The notes below the pieces were generated by a model that had not been told where the DNA came from, did not search any database, and saw only the letters and a program-made list of their open reading frames with translations. This document shows, one piece after another, positions 48,823 to 63,942 of a stretch of DNA of 64,000 bases. The stretch's first letter is position 1. The number at the start of each line of letters is the position of its first letter. The stretch comes from the human T2T-CHM13v2.0 reference genome, Homo sapiens. The DNA lies in assembly GCF_009914755.1 (NCBI RefSeq), contig NC_060947.1, one strand, 5' to 3'. A program made the position numbers and the translations under genes.

Positions 48823-49328
48823 ATCCTGTTTTGGCTATAACAAAATATACTGTATTCAACAGTTTAAAACAATACCCATTTATTATCTCACAGTTCTAGA
48901 GATAAAAGTCCAACCCAGGTCTCATTGGGCTAAACTCAAGGTGTGGGCAGGGCTGTGTTCCTTCTGGAGGCTTTAGAGAAAAATCTGTTCCCTGTCTTTT
49001 CCAGCTTCTAGAGGCTGTGTGGTCCTTGGTTCCTGGCCCCTTGCTCCATCTTCAAAGCCAGCAATGGCCAGGCGAGTCCTTCCCATATGACATGGCTCTA
49101 ATCCCCGACTCTTCTACCTCCCTCTTCTGTATTTAAAGGACCCGGGTGATTACATTGGGTCCACCTGGATAATCCAGGATAATAATATTTTAAGGTCAGC
49201 AGATTGGCGGCCTGAATTCCATCGGCTACCTTACTGAATTTCCCTTGCCATGGAGCCTAACATATTCACAGGTTCCAGAGATCAGGACGTGGATGTCTTT
49301 GGGGGCTCATTATTATTCTTTCTACCAC
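48823..49328 (-). mobile_element. MLT1 solo LTR
   Basis: TTATTATCTCACAGTTCTAG; GGTCCACCTGGATAATCCAGG; TTCTACCACA end. Confidence 0.82.
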
Positions 49329-49565
49329 AGCCTCCCACCCCACTCCATGTGGAACATGTGCCTACATGAAAGATTTTCCAGCCCGTTCTTGATAGGTGTC
49401 TACGATGACGTTAAGCTTTTGCATGCAAACCAACATTCACCAGTCATGGACCTAGCCTCAGGGAGGGTCCAGTCTGGATTGGGGGACAGGAACCCCTTGA
49501 GCCAGTCCTCCCAGGCACCCAAGAGCAGAAGAGGAATAACATGCAAAGTACAAAACCTAAGAGTG

Positions 49566-50375
<810 letters not shown>

Positions 50376-50476
50376 TCAGCATCATCTCCACTGAAGGCAA
50401 CTTCAGGCCCTTCCTCAATGCCTACTGATGCTGACTCCTGGATGGTTTCTGTGCACGTGTTTAAAAACAAACACAA

Positions 50477-50750
50477 GCTGGGCGCGGTGGTTCACGCCTG
50501 TAATCCCAGCACTTTGGGAGGCCAAGGCAGGTGGAACACCCGAGGTCAGGAGTTTGAGACCAGCCTGGCCAACATGGCGAAACCCCGTCTCTACTAAAAA
50601 TACAAAAAAATTAGCCGGGTGTGATGGCGGACTCCTGTAATCCCAGCTACTCAGTAGGCTGAGGCAGGAGAATCGCTTGAACCTGGGAGGTGGAGGTTGC
50701 AGTGAGATCGCACTATTGCACTCCCATCTCAAAAAAAAACAAAGAAACAA
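50477..50750 (+). mobile_element. AluS with a short 3' deletion
   Basis: Dimer lacking AGCCTGGGCGACAGAG. Confidence 0.92.
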
Positions 50751-51249
50751 ACAACACATTTGAGATACCCTGTGTCCAAAATAATGGAAGGGATAGGGAT
50801 GTGACCTATGACAGCAAGGAAAAGGCTGAAAACCAGTCAAAGCAGGTAAGACTAACAGGCAGAGTCCCCAGACTTTCTGTCAGACGAGCGCAGCAACTGA
50901 CTAGTGCCCATAAGGGCAACCCTGGAGCCATCTAGGAAAGGGAAGTTCTCCCTCTCCCTATCATGCCACTGTTCCAGGGACCACTCCTGAACTCGGGCAG
51001 GCAGGGTTAAGCATCTCTGGGCCAACTCTGCAGATGCTTTGTGGCCCATCTGGCTCAGCCCAATACCCCAAGTCAGCCCATGAGGCTTCTGCTTGGATCC
51101 CAGCCTGGCATCTCAGCACTGCCAGCACACGGGGCCCACTCTGCTCTTACGCCCCCCGAACCAAGTTCAAGGACCTTGAAAACAACCCCAATCCAGGGGT
51201 AACATGTTGCCACTTCTCACACTTATTCTGCTTGGACTATACAGTGAAT

Positions 51250-51872
<623 letters not shown>

Positions 51873-51924
51873 TGATGCCTTTCAAGGTTTGCATCACATA
51901 TTTTTAAAATGTGGCTTGGAATGT

Positions 51925-52522
<598 letters not shown>

Positions 52523-53379
52523 CCCTCATCATGCTTATTCTTGACCACTTCTCACATTCCTATTACCTGCATGATCCCTGAAGGTATCTGTGTTCATGCC
52601 TTCTGCTCTGGTTATGCAGGTAAACCTGAGTTCAAATCCAATTCAGCTAAGTGTTAAGTTCCTAAACCTCTCTGGGCCCCATATTTTTCATCTGAGAAGT
52701 GGGTTACCAAACAGTTACCTGTAAGACTCTATGTAAAAGGGCCACTATGGACATCAGGAGGTGATATGGGTCACAGTGCCAACAGGTCGGGGTAATGTGG
52801 CGAGGCAGAGGGCCTGGCATATAGGTGTTCCAGAAATGAAGCTCCTGTTAAGATTACTACCCATCCACATCACTGACAGTCTTCTCCTTGCTGCTCAAAA
52901 GAACAGCTTCCCATTTCTGGAGGCACATACAGGCAGCATACCTGTCCTCAGAGGACTTTTTGGAACTAGTAAAATACACAGCAGACTGAAAAGCCCTCTG
53001 TAATTAGAACAAAGATAACTTGTTAACCGCCCTTTAAACTCCTGGGAGCCTAAAGCCAGCCTCTACTTGCTACTTGCTAGAGCCTGGAAGGATTTCTCAG
53101 ATTATGCAGAGTTGCTTCTGTGTGCTTTCTGAGGTCTGCCAGGGTTACTCAGCCACATCCCACTACTGAGGACCAGGACCAAGAATAAAGTGGCTCTCAG
53201 CAGGCCTACCCAAAATGCCACTCCAGGGCCCAAGAAGAGCCAACTGGTGCCTAACTGAGGCACTTGCTTTGTGTTTGTCATTTTGACGCAGCAGCTCTGA
53301 GACTACCAGGATCCCAGAGAAGACCACCAATGCAAAAATCGTATTATCTTATTTTGGACAAAAGATCCAGAAAACTGTT

Positions 53380-53680
53380 GGCTGGGCACGGTGGCTCACA
53401 CCTGTAATCCCAGCACTTTGGGAGGCCGAGGCAGGTGGATCATGAGGTCACGGGATAGAGACCATCCTGGCTAACATGGTGAAACTCTGTCTGTACTAAA
53501 AATACAAAAAGTTAGCCGGTGTGGTGGCTGGCGCCTGTAGTCCCAGCTACTCAGGAGGTTGACGCAGGAGAATGGCGTGAACCCAGGAGGTGGAGCTTGT
53601 AGTGAGCCGAGATCGCGCCACTGCACTCTAGTCTGGGCGACATAGCAAGACTCTGTTTCCAAAAAAAAAAAAAAAAAAAA
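53380..53680 (+). mobile_element. AluY/Sc
   Basis: TSD AAAAGATCCAGAAAACTG. Confidence 0.95.
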
Positions 53681-53752
53681 GATCCAGAAAACTGGGCCCT
53701 TATCTTGAAACCAAAGCTGCTTCTGGTTTCAGTTAATTAATTTAAACAATAA

Positions 53753-54057
<305 letters not shown>

Positions 54058-54419
54058 TAATTTAAACAATAAAAGATAACTGGGTAGCAGTCTTATCTGG
54101 GTTGAATCCTGGCTCTATGTCTTCTGAGCTATATGACCAGGGCCCCCTCATCTGAAAGCCAGTGATAATATCTAGCCTGCAAAATTGTCGAGGCAATTTA
54201 AAGCAATATATGTGAAGTGCCTGGCACACAGGAAGAACTCAGGAGATGGTAGCTGGTAGCAAGGCTGTAGATCTAAGCCTGGTCCCCTCAAAACACCTTT
54301 GTGATTGTCAGGCATCATATGGATGATCAAACAAGTTCGGGGAACTCATTTTCCCATGGTCCCTAAGTAGTCGAAGTGGGGTACCTCCAGGTGCAAGGGC
54401 ATATGCCTAGGGCTTAAAG

Positions 54420-54540
54420 GCAGTGACTGCGCAGTCAGACAAGCCTTGCATCAAATCATAATTCTGGCAATCGCTGTGTGACCTAAGGCAAGTTACTTCA
54501 CCTCTCTGTGCCTCTGTTTCCTCATCTATAAAACAGATGT
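54420..54540 (+). mobile_element. MIR
   Basis: GCTGTGTGACCTAAGGCAAGTTACTTCACCTCTCTGTGCCTCTGTTTCCTCATCTATAAAA. Confidence 0.8.
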
Positions 54541-54829
54541 ACTGTTTCTGTCTCCTCTACCACCTCTTAAATCAACAATTGTAACGTGCAAATCTGAGAC
54601 CCAATCATTTCTATTCCCCACCTTCTCAACGGGCACACCATGTTGAAGACTTTCAGAAGACAGCTTTGAAGGGAGTATCATTTTTCTAACTTTTTTTGTG
54701 CTTCTACTTTCAAGATTTCCATGTCATTAGATGCAAGTCAATCAAATGATCATACATTTTCCTACAAATGCATTGTAAACAAAATAAAAATTTTATCCCA
54801 AAGGGAAAATGAAAAAGAAAATTCAACAA

Positions 54830-55030
54830 CTCTTTACCCCTGTAACTTCCTTTATTTTTCTCCATAGCACTGACAATATATATAGATTTCAATGTTGGGC
54901 TTGTTTTCTGCCCGGACCAGGATGTAAGCTCCATGAAGACAGTCTCAATTTTGTTCACTACCGCATCATCAGTTCCTAGAACAGAGCCTGGCACCTCTGC
55001 AGAATGTTAAATGGCTCTTCGTGAATCAAC
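54830..55030 (+). mobile_element. L2 3' end
   Basis: ATGTAAGCTCCATGAAGACAG...CCTAGAACAGAGCCTGGCAC. Confidence 0.75.
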
Positions 55031-55158
55031 TCCAGGTGGGTTGCCCACATGAAAAACATTTCTGCATCTTTTGCAAAAGTGGCTTGGCTAGTACCATCCA
55101 CTGTTTTCCAGTGTTCCTTTATGTGACATAAATCTTACTAGAACTCAGTACTAGGACA

Positions 55159-55160
<2 letters not shown>

Positions 55161-55190
<30 letters not shown>
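55161..55190. repeat. (GT)15 microsatellite
   Basis: Direct reading. Confidence 0.95.
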
Positions 55191-55192
<2 letters not shown>

Positions 55193-55389
55193 CCTGAGCT
55201 CACATATTTTCCACCAGCTGGGTTCGCTTCTATTGTCAGGAAGCTTGGAGCATAATTCACGTTCAATTACAGTGTTTCCCTTAATCCCTTTTTCTGATGG
55301 GGACATAGGATATAAATAAGTGTAAGAAGATTCTGTTGGTACATGTTTAAGACCCTATTTTTAACCACAGACTGCATTTATTCTACTAA

Positions 55390-55556
55390 GATGCTTCTCA
55401 AACTTGAATGTGCCAGAGAATCACCCGCGGATCTAGTTGAAATGCAGAATCAGACTCAGTAGGTCGGGGGCGGGGCGTGAGATGCTGCAGTTCTTACAAG
55501 CTCCCAGGTGATGCCTATGCGGCTGGGCCCTGGACCACATTTTGAGTAGCAGAGGG
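55390..55556. mobile_element. MER5 (MER5B-like) hAT MITE
   Basis: TGCTTCTCAAACTT...ACAAGCTCCCAGGTGATGC...GGACCACATTTTGAGTAGCA. Confidence 0.85.
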
Positions 55557-55899
55557 TCTAAGAAACGTGCTTCCTTGATTCAGCGGGATTTCTCTCTCCT
55601 GCTCCTTGGCAAAACATGACCAAAGTCTCAAAAACTGAAGCGGACGGCAGAAGCACCTAGAGAGCTGGTTAGACCTACGCCTCGCTGACCCCCCCCCCCC
55701 CCCCCCCACAGCCCATGCCCGCTGTGATCCCGATGAAAGGGGCTAGGAATCCACCTAGGAAGTTCCCCAGGTGCTTCTGCTGTCGGTGGCCTCGCAGCAA
55801 ATTTCGAAAATGACTGCTCTCTTCAAGGTTTTCTCAAAGGTAAACTCTTGGGGACAGCTGTTGTCACCAGTGGTACACCTGCTCGTTCAGGATTTTAGG

Positions 55900-57330
55900 G
55901 GGCCCATCCCGCTGTTTCCAGCCCAGCGTCAGGAGGGGACCCACCCCTCCTCTCCGGCTACTCCGACCGCGGCGGAGTCAACCCCCACGGGCCCGGGGCT
56001 CGGACCCCCGCCGCTCCGCCTCGCACAGCCGGGCCGGCCGGTGGCAGCCACCGCAGGCCCGAGAGGCGGGGACCGTGCCGCTCATGCGCAGAGCGACCCC
56101 TGGGCCCACAAGGCGGGGTCCCCGCGCGGTCCCCGCGCGCCCCCCGCCCGCCTTACCTCGCTGGACCAGGGTGGCCAAGGAGAAAGCGAGGCAGACAAGG
56201 AACGCCGAGCGCCAGGCCACCATGGCTGGGAGCAGGCGGAGGGCCCCGGAGGAGCACAGTTAGCGCGAGAGCGCCCGAAGGGGAGGCCGAGGAGGAGCGG
56301 GAGGAGGAGCCCCGCCGCCTCTGCAGGGTCCCGCCCAAAGCCCGCGCGCGCGCGCGGCGCGGCCCCGGGAAGATGGAGGTCGGGCGCGCTAGAGAGCCGG
56401 CGCCTGAGGGCGCCTGGGCTGGGGTTAGGCCGGGGGGCGGGGCGAGGCTGCAGTATCGGGGGCGGGGCCGCGTTCTGGAGGCGGGGCTCCGGGCGAGGGG
56501 CGTGGCCTGCGGGCACCCGGTGGGTGGGGAGGCCTGGGTTGGGTTGGGCTGGGTCCAGCGGCAGCGCGCGGTCCGCAGACCCTGTCCCACCTCGGTCCTC
56601 GAGACCGAAGTCTCGGAGGTGGCCCCGCGGACCTGGAGCAGTGAGTCACCAGTGCCGGGGAGCGGGAGGCGGCAGCGCCGGTGGGCGCCGATTTCCTCCC
56701 GGGTGACCTTGAGAAGGGCTCTTCCCCTTCTGGCCTTGGTGTTCTCCCGGTGAAGGGTTGTTCCCTTGGGGCCCCTCCAGACACCGTCCAGCACGGAGCC
56801 CCGCACTCTGTCCCCACCCGCTGTTCCCTGCAGGAGTGAAACCCTGGCCGGAGACTGAAGAAAAGGACCGTTTTCGTGACTGGCTGCGGTCAACAAGCAG
56901 TGACACGTCTCGAGAAAACGAGGCCGGGGGCGCCCGGGTGGGCGACAGGGGAGGATGGGGGCGTCCCGGAGCCGAAGCGCCGCGGGCTCGGGAGACTGGG
57001 GGTAGGGACTGGGTCAGCTCTCCCGAGGCTTTGATGAATGCGCTGAAAGTGCAAGTTCATATCTGCAGAGTCGATCTCAAAAACGTGCTTAATGACCGAC
57101 AAACGCGCTGCAGTCCTTTCCCATGAACCCCCGCAAACGGAGTCCGTCTCCCAGACCCGAAGAAATCAGATTCCGATACGATACTGTGCCGACCAGCAAA
57201 ATGCCCGCTGCAGCAGTTGATGGGAACGCTCCCTAGAAGAGCCCCAGCTGCAACCGGCTCTCGAAGACAAAGAGGAAGCGCTACTGCTCTCCGGAGTGGT
57301 AGCGTGAGCCTGTCCCTGCCATTATGCGGC
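55900..57330. promoter_or_regulatory. CD99L2: CpG island / TATA-less promoter and 5'UTR of CD99L2
   Basis: Very high GC and CpG density; GC boxes GGGGCGGGG at ~56434 and ~56459; (CG)n run 56343-56356; NRF1-like GCTCATGCGCA 56080-56090; AP-1 TGAGTCA 56642-56648. Confidence 0.9.
56157..56223 (-). CDS. CD99L2: CD99 molecule like 2, coding part of exon 1 (signal peptide MVAWRSAFLVCLAFSLATLVQR + first base of Gly codon)
   Basis: Translation matches the CD99L2 N-terminus as I recall it; Kozak GCC-ATG-G; in-frame TAA 39 nt upstream; 67 coding nt end at GAG|GTAAGG donor (56156-56155), phase 1; lies in a CpG island. Confidence 0.96.
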
Positions 57331-58361
57331 ACCGGCTGCCCAGGGCCACATCCTCCTTAGAGGGCGGCTACTACCACCTCCCCTCAATATCCATTCGGCA
57401 GCTTTCCTGTGCCCCCAACCCAGCCCTCGCTGCCATAGGCACCCCCCTCAGTGGCTCCCACCAACCCCTAAGGAACAGTGGGGTGTGGGGTCTCCCTGAG
57501 ATGGAGCCGAAATCTCCCGTGTGGCTTACATCCATTGCCCTGAATCTTAGGGCTGCAGAAACAAAACAGCATATGAGGAGTGGATCTTCCCAGGCTCAGG
57601 GCATTAATTACTCTATGAATGGAACATTATTCCATTCTAGCTGTAGAATTAACAGAAATAGCTGGTAGTTATTGAACACACACTATACACATGGCATATT
57701 CCAGGCATTTTACCCTTAATTTTTATTCCTCACAATGCCTTATGTATCATCACCTATTAACGAGGGAAAAGCAGCAAAATGGAGGTTCCTTGAGGTTGGG
57801 GAGTTAGCCAGGTCTAGTCTCATGTGTCAAAGGGGGAGGGTACCACTAGGAACCCCAGCTGGTGAATGGCTAAGAATGTGTGCTGTAGAGCCAGACCGGG
57901 TACAAATCCTGGCTAAACCCAACAAGGTTGTGCTAAGGATTAAATGAGGTGGTGAAAAGTGGACAGCCTGCACACAGTGACAGAGGGCAGGGACCATTAC
58001 TGGTTAATCTAGTAACGGCTAAGGAAATAGTGGCCACTGTGAGGTCAGGAGGTTACTGTCTATTCCAGGCTGTGGACATGCCCCCACCTTTGCTACTAAG
58101 TGCCCTGAGCCATTCCATAGGCCCTGGTGGTACCATCTGTACCTGGAGGGCAGTAGATTTTCTGGTCTTTAGGAGTCTTCCAGGATCTGATGGGTAAACC
58201 CTGATGCATACACACTCATCTACACTGAGGAGGTGAGAAGCATGTAACCTCTTAAGTTTGAGGCCATGTCAATCAATATGCAGTGGACAGTCACACTCAA
58301 CTGGAACTCTAGCTGCTAAAGGTGCTACAATGCCATATGCAATAAGACTGTCTTCTAGCTC

Positions 58362-58685
58362 AAGAATAGTTCTCAAACTACACCCCGTGGGCTAAATCCT
58401 ACTCCCACCTGTTTGTTCAGCCTTCCAGCTAAAAGTAGTGGTTGCATTTTTAAATGGTTGAAAAAAATCAAAAGAATGTTATGACATGAGAAAGTGATAC
58501 AACATTCAAATTTCAGGGTTCATGAAGTTTATGAGAACACAGCCACGCCCATTGATTTTTGTATTCCCTATGGTGGCTTTTGTGCTGCCACAGTGGAGTT
58601 GAACAGTTGTGATAGAGACCATGGGGCACACAAAGCCTAAAATATTTACTGTCTAACCCTTACAGAAAAAGTTTACTGACCTCCG
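58362..58685 (+). mobile_element. MER58B-like hAT MITE
   Basis: GAACACAGCCACGCCCATT; CAAAGCCTAAAATATTTACT...TTACAGAAAAAGTTTACTGACC. Confidence 0.82.
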
Positions 58686-59092
58686 TTCTAGCAGATTGAA
58701 CCATGGCAAGGATGAACATTAGCAGGTGATGATATGGGACCTTAAGAGTGTGCTCCTCTAAAGCGCAAAATGAACATAGATGACCTGCTCTGACACAGGA
58801 ATAAGAACCAAAAGAAAAGGACAATGTTTATCATTGTGGCCAAAAGATACTCACAAATAGTTCCTTAATCAAAATATTGCAAATGTCCGAGATGGATTAT
58901 CCTACCAGATACCTCTCCCTTTGTAAAATAGCTTATCTTGGGCCTGGTTTGTCTCTCAGTCTCTTGTAAGTTAGGTTAATGTGAGTTAGAGAGGGCTGAT
59001 TTGCCTGCCAGACTGAAGACCTGCTGGGAACTTAGTGAGCCTCTCAGTCAGGTACTGCTATCCTGCTGAATTGCAATTAAACATGCAGTTGA

Positions 59093-59736
59093 TTTACATA
59101 CAGGAAATTGTACACTTAAAAACTATGATCTGGGAGCACCTCCCCAACTTAGTTTGGAAGTGTATTTCCCAGGAGAAAAAAAATTATTATTAAAAAAATT
59201 TTTTCAAAGCCATTATCTGTGCTCCCCGCCCCCACACATCATCTATACTCCCCACTGCCAATGCACATGGGTTCAGGGACCCACTCTTGCCCAAGCCTGC
59301 CTCGTCTACACACCACTCCCTTGTTCCCACCCTCTTGCTACACCTAGTTCCTCCCTGAACTTCTCATACCCTGAAAACTGCCATCAATTGGAAAACCATT
59401 TGGCCTGACAAGATTCTCTCCTAAAAATGTCCACCTTTCCCAAGCTGTGGCCAGTGTGGCATGGATAAACAGCCACCAGGGTGGCCTGGGAAAACAGGAG
59501 AGGCACACATATAGGGCTGGGTGGGTTTACACCAATCTCAGGTAAATAGGATTATGTGGGCCAGCTAGGTATCCATGGGTCATGGGTTTGCATACAGGAA
59601 ATTGTGCACTTAAAAACCATGATCTGGGAGCACCTCCCCAACTTAGTTTGGAAGTGTATTTCCCAGGAGAAAAAAAATATTATTATTAAAAAAAAATTTT
59701 TCAAAGCCATTATCCGTGCTCCCCGCCCCCACACAT
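59093..59736. repeat. Spaced direct duplication of ~147 bp (59093-59239 and 59587-59736)
   Basis: Near-identical copies differing by ~4 substitutions and small indels in the A/T runs. Confidence 0.95.
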
Positions 59737-62679
59737 GGTATATACTTTGGGGACAAAGACTATACTTTCAGGAATTGTTTCTGTAGTACATTACTAGAGA
59801 ATGTCCTCTGAATGTGCAGAGCACAGAAAAATACAAAATAATAATAAATTCCAAATCAGCTATCTGAGTACCTGGGTGGCCTCCCTCACCCATGATCAAA
59901 ATCAGCTGTGGAAGGGCCTTGCCACCACCCCCACCACTGCTGAAGATGCCCATCAGGAGAGCACCACTGTCCATGCTGACAGCACCCCTTCCTGAATACC
60001 CACCCCGCCATTGATCCTTAGGGACCAGAGCCGAGAGGGAGTCCACATGGGAATGAGGGCAGGGACCAAAGGCTTTGCCCCAACTCAAGGTCACCTTCTG
60101 TGCCCTGGGACCCAAAGCAGCTCTGCTGGTGCTCAGGGCTTCGTCTACCCTCCCACAGCCTTGGAGCTTAATCCCTCTAACCAAACCTGTTGGAGGGCCC
60201 TGGCTGGGTACAAAGGGACAGCACACCCTCCCTTCCCACCTCACTCCCCACTGTGCGGGGCAATTAAGAGACAAAGACTCACTTGCATCTCAATGGGCAT
60301 GCAAACAGCCCTGGCTGGCTGGGGGGAGGGGCGCATGGGGCTCTACAGCAATTTTCCCAAATGCCTGACTTCACAGTCAAGTTTCACCAGTCCCAGGAGA
60401 AATACAAAAAAATGAGGTTGTCGTGGCAAGTTTCCCCCCATAAAGCTAGAGTATTGACCTTTATCTTGAAATCATGAACTTGTTTTGGTATACAAAAGTC
60501 CTTTTATTTCATGAAAAGATGGTAGTGTTTTGTTTAATATGCTTACTTTGCAAAATAAGAAGTTGGCAACCCTACCCGTCCCCAAACTGAAAAAAGAAAA
60601 GAAATCTACTCATTGGTGAAGTTCACAAGTCTGGGAACCGCTGGCTATCCCAATAATATTCAGCCCACCGAGGCCCAGATACATAGGAATTTTTGGAACA
60701 CACCCCATATGTAAACAGAAGCCCTGAAAATGCATTCTAAAACAATGTTTCCTCTGATATTTTTTGAGTCGTAAGCACATTATCCCTTAGTCTCCTCCGC
60801 CTCTCCACAGCCTTCTTATTCTCTCCTCTCTTGGATTTTACAGTATGGCAAGGACAGGCAGGGCTTTGAATGCCATGCTAATGAGCAAAGATTTGGTTCT
60901 GAAAACAGAGGAGGAGCCACTGAACGCTTTTAAGCATGAAGCAGCAGCGACAGGGAACTGGTCTACAGGAGTGCTACTGGCATCATGTAGGGAGAGAGGC
61001 TGGGGACTGTGGGGCTGGAGAGAGGAGTTTGGATTCCTGGTGTGGACGTGGTGGAGGTAGCAATTGCCATAGAAAAGAGGGCCTGGGTATGTAGGCCTGG
61101 CCCAATTCTCAGGGCTGGGAAGAAAAGGAAGTCCAAGGGCGGAGACAGATGATAGGCAATTATTACTCTGTGTGATGCAGGTGGTTAAAGAGTTGAGCAC
61201 ACAGTGTGATGGGAACACGGAGGTGCAGCCCCTCTCCCAGTGCATGGTCAGTGTAGAGCTGACTCAAAGAAATAATGGTTTGGCCTGCAGACGGCAGGGT
61301 GTTCTGAGAGAACCGCTGAAATGAGAGGAAGGGCAACACGTCGAATCGAATTGGCTGGAACCAGGTCACACAGGACTTGCAGACCGGGTGAAGATCGGAC
61401 TGTACTCAAAGGCAACCATGAACCCCCAGGAGTGTTAAGTGGGGATGGGGTGGTACTGCCGGGTGATAAGATCAGATTGACGTTCCATGATTTCATTTAT
61501 CCATGGAGTCTCAGGACTCTGTTGTACAGAACCCAGAAAATGCTGCTCTAGGTGACAGGAGCCATTAGAGTGAAAAGCTGGGGAGAGTGGAGAAGAGACA
61601 GAGGTGGGGAAGGAGAGGGAGGAGGCAGTGCAGAAGTCCCGGGAATGCTTTGGCTGGGCTCAGGAGGAAGGGCGAGGTGGCGTGGAGACTCTCCTGCTCT
61701 GCCTGCTTGTCCCAGAAACAGCCCAGTGTGGTGGGTCAGGAGCAGCGGCTTCACAGACAGCAGGGTCATCTTCCATTGCCATGTTTCTGCAGAGCAGCAC
61801 CCCCTACCACCACCACCACCACCAATCACTCCTGTCTTACATGCAGCAGAGTTGCTCACTCCCAAAGGGGACCCTCTGTAATGTAATGCAACAAATTTCA
61901 ATGAGATAGGAATCATCTCATCTTTTTTGATTCCTGTTAGGATTCCCATTGGTGGTTTGAGGAATTTTCTTAACACACCAACGACCACACGATAGTGATG
62001 ATATTGGCAATTATGGCCATGGTGACTATGATCCCAAAAGAAAAGAAGACGATGCCAAAGGCCGGTGGGTCACGACTTCGTTTTAAGGCTCATTATCACG
62101 GGAAGGCGTCCTCTTCCTTGGAAATCTAAATGCAGAACACCCAGCCATCTTCAGGAAGCCTGTGTGTGCCAAGTCAGGCAGGGCAAAACCTTATACCTGC
62201 ATGTTTTCCTAATGTGAGAGACTGCTCTGTAAATTTCTTTCTAGTGCTCAGTCGAGTTAATATGGAATTTGCATAAGCACTTGGCAAGAAATAACGTATG
62301 TCTCTGTAATATTTCCGAGGCAGTATTTTCTCCTCCAAACCCTGACCTCTGTAGGAACGGGACTTAACATTTGCCTCCCAAATGCAGAGTAGGGCTGTAT
62401 TTAACTTACCCAGTGAAGTCTCCCCTAAGCACTCAGGGGACTCAAACCACAGAAACCAACATTTGGTCTCTTTGAATTAAGTCTTTTCATATAATTGAAG
62501 CAGCCCAAGAAACCTCCCAGAAAATGTTTCGGAACACAAATGTGGAATGGGGCATCCAATTAACAGCAATAACATTTTGTTCAAAAATAACTTTTGCAGA
62601 CATATTGCGATGTCCAAAACAGAACTGCCCATTGCTGGCCTCCAAACCACTCTGCTCCTCCCACAAGTGTTCTCCTATC

Positions 62680-63180
62680 TTAGTAAATGGCACCACCAAT
62701 CTCCCAGTTGCTAGGGCCTAAACCTTGGAGGCAGAAGTTCCCCCCTCCCCTGGTCTCACTCACTCCATTACCAAATCCTGAGAACTGTGTCTCCTAAAGT
62801 CTTGAATGTGTACACTCATCCCTGCCCTGAATAACTGCACAACAGCCTCCTCCAGCCCGTTTTTTTTACCCAGCAACCACGGGAAGCTTCTTAAAAAGTA
62901 AATCAGATCATGTTGTTCCCTTGCTTAAAACCCTCTAGTCTCATGTCCCAGGCCTTCCATCTCACTCACAGTAAATCCAAATTTCTGTTCATGGTCTACA
63001 CAGCCCCACATGATCTGATCAGGCCCCTGCCTCCCTATTTAATTCTTCAACTCATTCCAGCTTCCCTTCTACACTGCCTCCCGCCCCACAACCGTCACCT
63101 CCCTGACCCCACCACTCCACCTGTCTGGAATAACTTCCCTTCCTTCCTTCACCTGGCCGTTCCCAGTTTATCCCTCATGC
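62680..63180 (+). mobile_element. L2 fragment
   Basis: AGTAAATGGCACCACCAAT; AAATCAGATCATGTTGTTCCCTTGCTTAAAACCCT. Confidence 0.75.
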
Positions 63181-63379
63181 CATAAAAGAACATACTGTTC
63201 CCAGCCTAGGAAAGGCTCAGGACCCATGCCTTCTACCCTCACAGACCCTATGCTGAGTCCACCTTAACACTGAGCTTTGAATCCAGATGTGAGTTCAACT
63301 TGCTTTGCAATTTGCTGTCTCCTCACACTGGTCCTGTTTCTCAACCCTAGCAGCATGACAGAATCTTTGAGGAAGCTTT

Positions 63380-63942
63380 TTTTTTTTTTTTTTCATTTAA
63401 ATTGAGGTAAAATTCATATAATATAAAATTAACCTTTAAATGTGTACAATTTAGTGGCATTTACTACATTTGCAATATTGTGCAACTATCACCTCCATCT
63501 AGTTCTAGAACATTCCCATCACCCCAAAAGGAAATCCCAGACGCATTAAGCAGTCACTCCCCATTAGCCCTCCCCCAGCCCCGGGCAACCACTAATCTTT
63601 CTGTCTTTATGGATTTTGCCTATTGTGGACATTTTGTATAAATGGAACCATACACTATGTGGCCTTTTGTGTCTGGCTTCTTTTGCTGAGCGTAATGTTT
63701 TTGAGGCTCGTTCATGTTCTACTATGTATCAGAATTTCATGTCTTTTATGGCTGAATACTATTCAATTGTATAATAATACCACATTTTGTTGATCCATTC
63801 ATCAGTAGACAGATATTTGGGTTGTTTCCAATTTGGGGCTATTGTGAGCAATGCTGCTATGAACACGGATGTACATACAAGCTTTTTGGTGGACATGTGT
63901 TTTTATTTCTCTCGGGTATACACATGAATTGCTGGGTATCAG
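63380..63942 (-). mobile_element. 5'-truncated L1MB with poly(A), inserted in a MER5-like element
   Basis: T tract then L1MB 3'UTR; TSD GGAAGCTTT (63371-63379, 63943-63951). Confidence 0.85.

Noticed and set aside
55978-56156. Continuation of the 81-aa ORF beyond ...LVQRG
   Set aside because: Reads through the GTAAGG splice donor into intron 1
55771-56896. Long ORFs of 311 aa (+) and 247 aa (-) over the promoter
   Set aside because: Stop-codon scarcity in a GC-rich CpG island; low-complexity R/G/P/A peptides with no recognisable domain
61548-61988. 146-aa minus-strand ORF and an adjacent hydrophobic stretch (FGIVFFSFGIIVTMAIIANIITIVWSLVC, ~61970-62060 minus)
   Set aside because: GTG start, no domain; the hydrophobic frame is bounded by stops and is the expected antisense of a hydrophilic, A-rich + strand
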